Of a stretch of 64,000 bases of DNA, positions 61,275 to 64,000 are shown piece after piece. The stretch spans positions 1,024,001 through 1,088,000 of the forward strand of contig CBDCWG010000012.1 in the NCBI GenBank assembly GCA_965223345.1. The letters run 5' to 3'. Origin of the DNA: Nitrospinales bacterium (GTDB lineage: Bacteria; Nitrospinota; Nitrospinia; Nitrospinales; VA-1). The number at the start of each line of letters is the position of its first letter. Within the stretch, counting starts at the first letter, position 1. The notes under the pieces were generated by a model. It did no database searches, had not been told where the DNA came from, and worked only from the letters and a program-made list of their open reading frames with translations. A program made the translations under genes and the position numbers.

Positions 61275-61745
61275 TCACAATGCTTCACAGTCGCACAACT
61301 CACGGATATAACGCACCAAAGAGCGGATGGTGGGGGCTTTGAGGGTGTGGCCCCAGGCGGGCATGCAGGGGGCGCGCCCGACGGCGAGGCCGCCTTTCTG
61401 GATGGCGTCGAACAGCTGCTGATCGGTGCGGGTTTCCAGGTAATCTTTCTTCGTGTGGTCGCGCGGCGGCACGGTGAGCAGGAGCGCGTTGACACCATCG
61501 CCTTTTCCCTGCACGCCGTGGCATTGCGCGCAATACCATTGGTACAGCTCGCGAGTTTCATCGGTGACGGCGGCCTGCCCGGCCGGCTTGGCGGCGGCGG
61601 GAGCGCTGGCAGCCGGCGGCTCGACCGGCGGTTTTCCAGTGGTCTTCTTGTCGGGCGGCTGCGCTTCGCCGCAGGCCTGCAAAAAAAACAGCACCGGCAC
61701 GATGAAGAGCGAAAGCGTCCTGATCATTGAGTTCGGGCTACGCAT
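61275..61745 (-). CDS. Monoheme cytochrome c lipoprotein
   Basis: Lipobox LQAC; CAQCH; CMPAWG. Confidence 0.88.
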   Translation of the reverse strand: MRSPNSMIRTLSLFIVPVLFFLQACGEAQPPDKKTTGKPPVEPPAASAPAAAKPAGQAAVTDETRELYQWYCAQCHGVQGKGDGVNALLLTVPPRDHTKKDYLETRTDQQLFDAIQKGGLAVGRAPCMPAWGHTLKAPTIRSLVRYIRELCDCEAL

Positions 61746-61748
61746 CGA

Positions 61749-62420
61749 TCACTCGGCCTCCCTGGCGAGCTTGAGCGAGGCGATGTAGCGGGTCAGCGTG
61801 AGCGCCGTCGCGTCATCCAGATCGTAGCGGGGCATGCGGCTTTTTTCCAGATAGGTCTCGGGCGATTGCAGCCATTTCAGCACCCATCCGGCCTGCAGCC
61901 GGTTGCCGGCGTCAGCCAGCGACGGGCCGGAAACGCCTCCCCGCGGTTTGCCGGCCAGGTTGATGCCTTCGTGACAGGCGATGCAGCCGAAATTTCTTTC
62001 GAACAGGATCTTCGCTTTCACCCGCTGTCCCTTGCTCAGCGGCTCGACCTCTGTTTTTGCCGCGGACGCATCGGAAACTTTGAGCGTGAGCAGAAACCGG
62101 CTCATCGCCTGCGCCTCTTCGGCGGAAAGGGCCGGATGCGCGACGGTGGCGGCCTCGCCTTTGAGAAATCCGGGGGCGCCGCTGAAACCGGCCTTGCGGA
62201 TGACGACGGGTTGAGTGAGAAACTCTTGCAGCCAGCCAGCCTGGAATTTTTCTCCTGCGTAAAAGAGGTCGGGAGCCTTGCGTTTTTCGAACGGTTGCTC
62301 AGCGGCAATCCGGTGGCACTGGGTGCAGCCTTTTTCCTCAGCGGGGTTCGCCTGGGCTGCAACCGTTTGGGCCGCAAGCAACGGGAAGAGAAAACTCACA
62401 ATGATGCCGGTCAACCGCAT
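61749..62420 (-). CDS. Diheme cytochrome c
   Basis: CTQCH, CIACH and SRMP motifs; signal peptide. Confidence 0.9.
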   Translation of the reverse strand: MRLTGIIVSFLFPLLAAQTVAAQANPAEEKGCTQCHRIAAEQPFEKRKAPDLFYAGEKFQAGWLQEFLTQPVVIRKAGFSGAPGFLKGEAATVAHPALSAEEAQAMSRFLLTLKVSDASAAKTEVEPLSKGQRVKAKILFERNFGCIACHEGINLAGKPRGGVSGPSLADAGNRLQAGWVLKWLQSPETYLEKSRMPRYDLDDATALTLTRYIASLKLAREAE

Positions 62421-62429
62421 GCTAATGCC

Positions 62430-64000
62430 TCATTCCACCGTCGGGTCGGGAATCGGTTCGAAATCCTGCGAAGGCGGGGCGCCTTCCTCGAACATGTCCT
62501 GGAAAAAATCGATGATGGAGTTGCCTTCCTCTTCCAGTGTCTGGTCGGCGGGCGGCGCTTGCTCGGGAATCGGCATGAGCGGCGGCGGTTCTTCGCTCTG
62601 GTGGAAATCGTTGCGCGGTGCGGGATCGACCGAGGGCGTGAAGGTGTCGAAGCGCTGCACCGTGGGCGAAGGAACGGGTTCGGGTTGCGGCGGCTTGATC
62701 GTGTCAAACGGTGAAAGCCCTTCGTACCGGCGGGCGGAGGGCAGGGCCGGGGCGCGCCGCTTCGGCGACTGCAAGAATTCATCCTGGTCGAGATGGTAGA
62801 ACATGTCCTCCACCGGCGGCGGCGAACCGAACAGGGCTTCGTTCCTTTTGTGCGTCACATCGTAGGGAAACTCGCTGCGCGTCAAAAGACGGGGCAGCTG
62901 CATCTGGCGCAGATTGAAATAACGGAACACCCGGTAGGTGTTGCTTTTTTCCTGCAGCGAGACCAGTTCCTTCTGGTTTAAAAACCGCGTGCTTTTGGGC
63001 GGCACCGGCGCCTGCAGCGGGACGCCGTTTTGCGTGACCAACTGTTTGAGCTGGAATTCAGCGGGAACGCGGTTCTCCGTTTTCAAGCCGATGAGAAAAT
63101 TCTTGGCGTCGAAGATGGACCGCTTGCCCGGATCGCCCAGCCCGGTTGCGACCTGGTTTTCGTGGCAGCTTTCGCAACTGCGCACGGTTTTGCGAATGGT
63201 GTGCGGCGTGTGCGGCAGCAGCGCCATGCCCGGTTTCCCGTCGGTGGTGCGAAAGACCCTGGCCCGTTGCGACGGGGTGGCTTTCGGGGCTGCCCGCTCG
63301 GTGAAGAAATACTGGTAGCGCGGTTTCAGGATCGAGTATTTGCCGCGGTGGTTTTTCCCCAGGATCATCGTTCCCCAACTGGATTCGGTGAGGATGTCCC
63401 ACAGCACGCCGGGGATCGACTGCCCCTCGATCTTTCCGGGCTGCGAGCGGGCGGTGGTCCAGTCGAGCATGGACACGGGCGCTTCCTGCGTTTCGCGGGT
63501 GGACAGGATCTGCCGCAGGCTCGGGTCGGAGAAGTTCCAGTCCTTCCAGCGGGAAACATCCGGCGACGGTTCCTCGATGAGGTGCAGGCCCCAGTCGCTG
63601 GCCGACCAGCGGGCGTGGCAGGCGTGGCATTCCACGGACTTCATGTGTTTGGCGATCTGGTGCGCGGGCGGCGCCTTGATCTCCTTGAGGATGGGGATGG
63701 GGTGCTTCTTGCCGGTCACCTTGGAGAACAGGACCCACTGGTTTTTGTCGCGCTTGATGTGCGGCAGTTTGACGCCCTGCGCGTTGACGAGAATGGAGTC
63801 GCCGGAGCGCACTTTCTTCACCAGATTCGGGTTGCGCTTGAGCCGCTCGAAGATGGGTTTCGAGTTGGGATCGGATTTCAACAGCAGGAATTCCTCCGGA
63901 GCGCTTTTGTGGGTGCCGTGGCAGTCCTCGCAGCGGGTCTGCACCCGTGAATGCCGGTCCGCGAACAGCGGCGCGCCCTTGATGTCCTCGGACCCGTGGC
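62430..64000 (-). CDS. Multiheme cytochrome c (N-terminus beyond the right edge)
   Basis: CEDCH, CHACH and CESCH. The frame is open to the window end (..CHGSEDIKGAPLFADRHSRVQTR). Confidence 0.88.
   Translation of the reverse strand, partial: HGSEDIKGAPLFADRHSRVQTRCEDCHGTHKSAPEEFLLLKSDPNSKPIFERLKRNPNLVKKVRSGDSILVNAQGVKLPHIKRDKNQWVLFSKVTGKKHPIPILKEIKAPPAHQIAKHMKSVECHACHARWSASDWGLHLIEEPSPDVSRWKDWNFSDPSLRQILSTRETQEAPVSMLDWTTARSQPGKIEGQSIPGVLWDILTESSWGTMILGKNHRGKYSILKPRYQYFFTERAAPKATPSQRARVFRTTDGKPGMALLPHTPHTIRKTVRSCESCHENQVATGLGDPGKRSIFDAKNFLIGLKTENRVPAEFQLKQLVTQNGVPLQAPVPPKSTRFLNQKELVSLQEKSNTYRVFRYFNLRQMQLPRLLTRSEFPYDVTHKRNEALFGSPPPVEDMFYHLDQDEFLQSPKRRAPALPSARRYEGLSPFDTIKPPQPEPVPSPTVQRFDTFTPSVDPAPRNDFHQSEEPPPLMPIPEQAPPADQTLEEEGNSIIDFFQDMFEEGAPPSQDFEPIPDPTVE

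Overview
The window has two parts. Positions ~1-45.0 kb are a visibly AT-richer genomic island that abuts the 3' end of a tRNA-Arg(UCU) gene (45038-45114, minus strand). Its backbone is a tyrosine integrase, a small HTH/excisionase-like protein, a Prim-Pol/SF3-helicase primase and an iteron-like inverted repeat. No second att copy is visible, so the island probably continues left of the window. Island cargo: (i) an NhaR-like LysR gene divergent from a secreted acidic peptide with three WYL motifs; (ii) a periplasmic redox cluster (ECF sigma, receiver protein, P460/c'-beta pseudogene, Tll0287-like cytochrome, MauG-type diheme enzyme, split YeeE/YedE pair, three cytochromes sharing one Cys-decorated domain, DUF4399-like protein, ZIP transporter); (iii) a TonB-ExbBD-receptor uptake module with a BNR lipoprotein, a 25-aa-repeat protein and a His-rich upstream ORF; (iv) a Type III RM locus with a RelE-like/UvrD fusion, broken by IS insertions; (v) nhaA, several small ORFs, a cold-shock gene and a GT4-GH15 pair. 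One 1522-bp IS3-family element is present as three full copies and one partial copy, none with target duplications. Positions ~45.1-64 kb are GC-richer core-like chromosome: Hsp20, FIST plus hybrid kinase, tRNA-Pro/Arg/His, Spy/CpxP-like, SspB-like, MBL hydrolase, ilvB, Ppx/GppA, lptG, phosphotransferase, 2Fe-2S ferredoxin, YsxC, DUF1015 and c-type cytochromes. Gene style suggests a Nitrospina-like bacterium, but that is inference only. All family calls come from motif recognition by eye; no database search was run.
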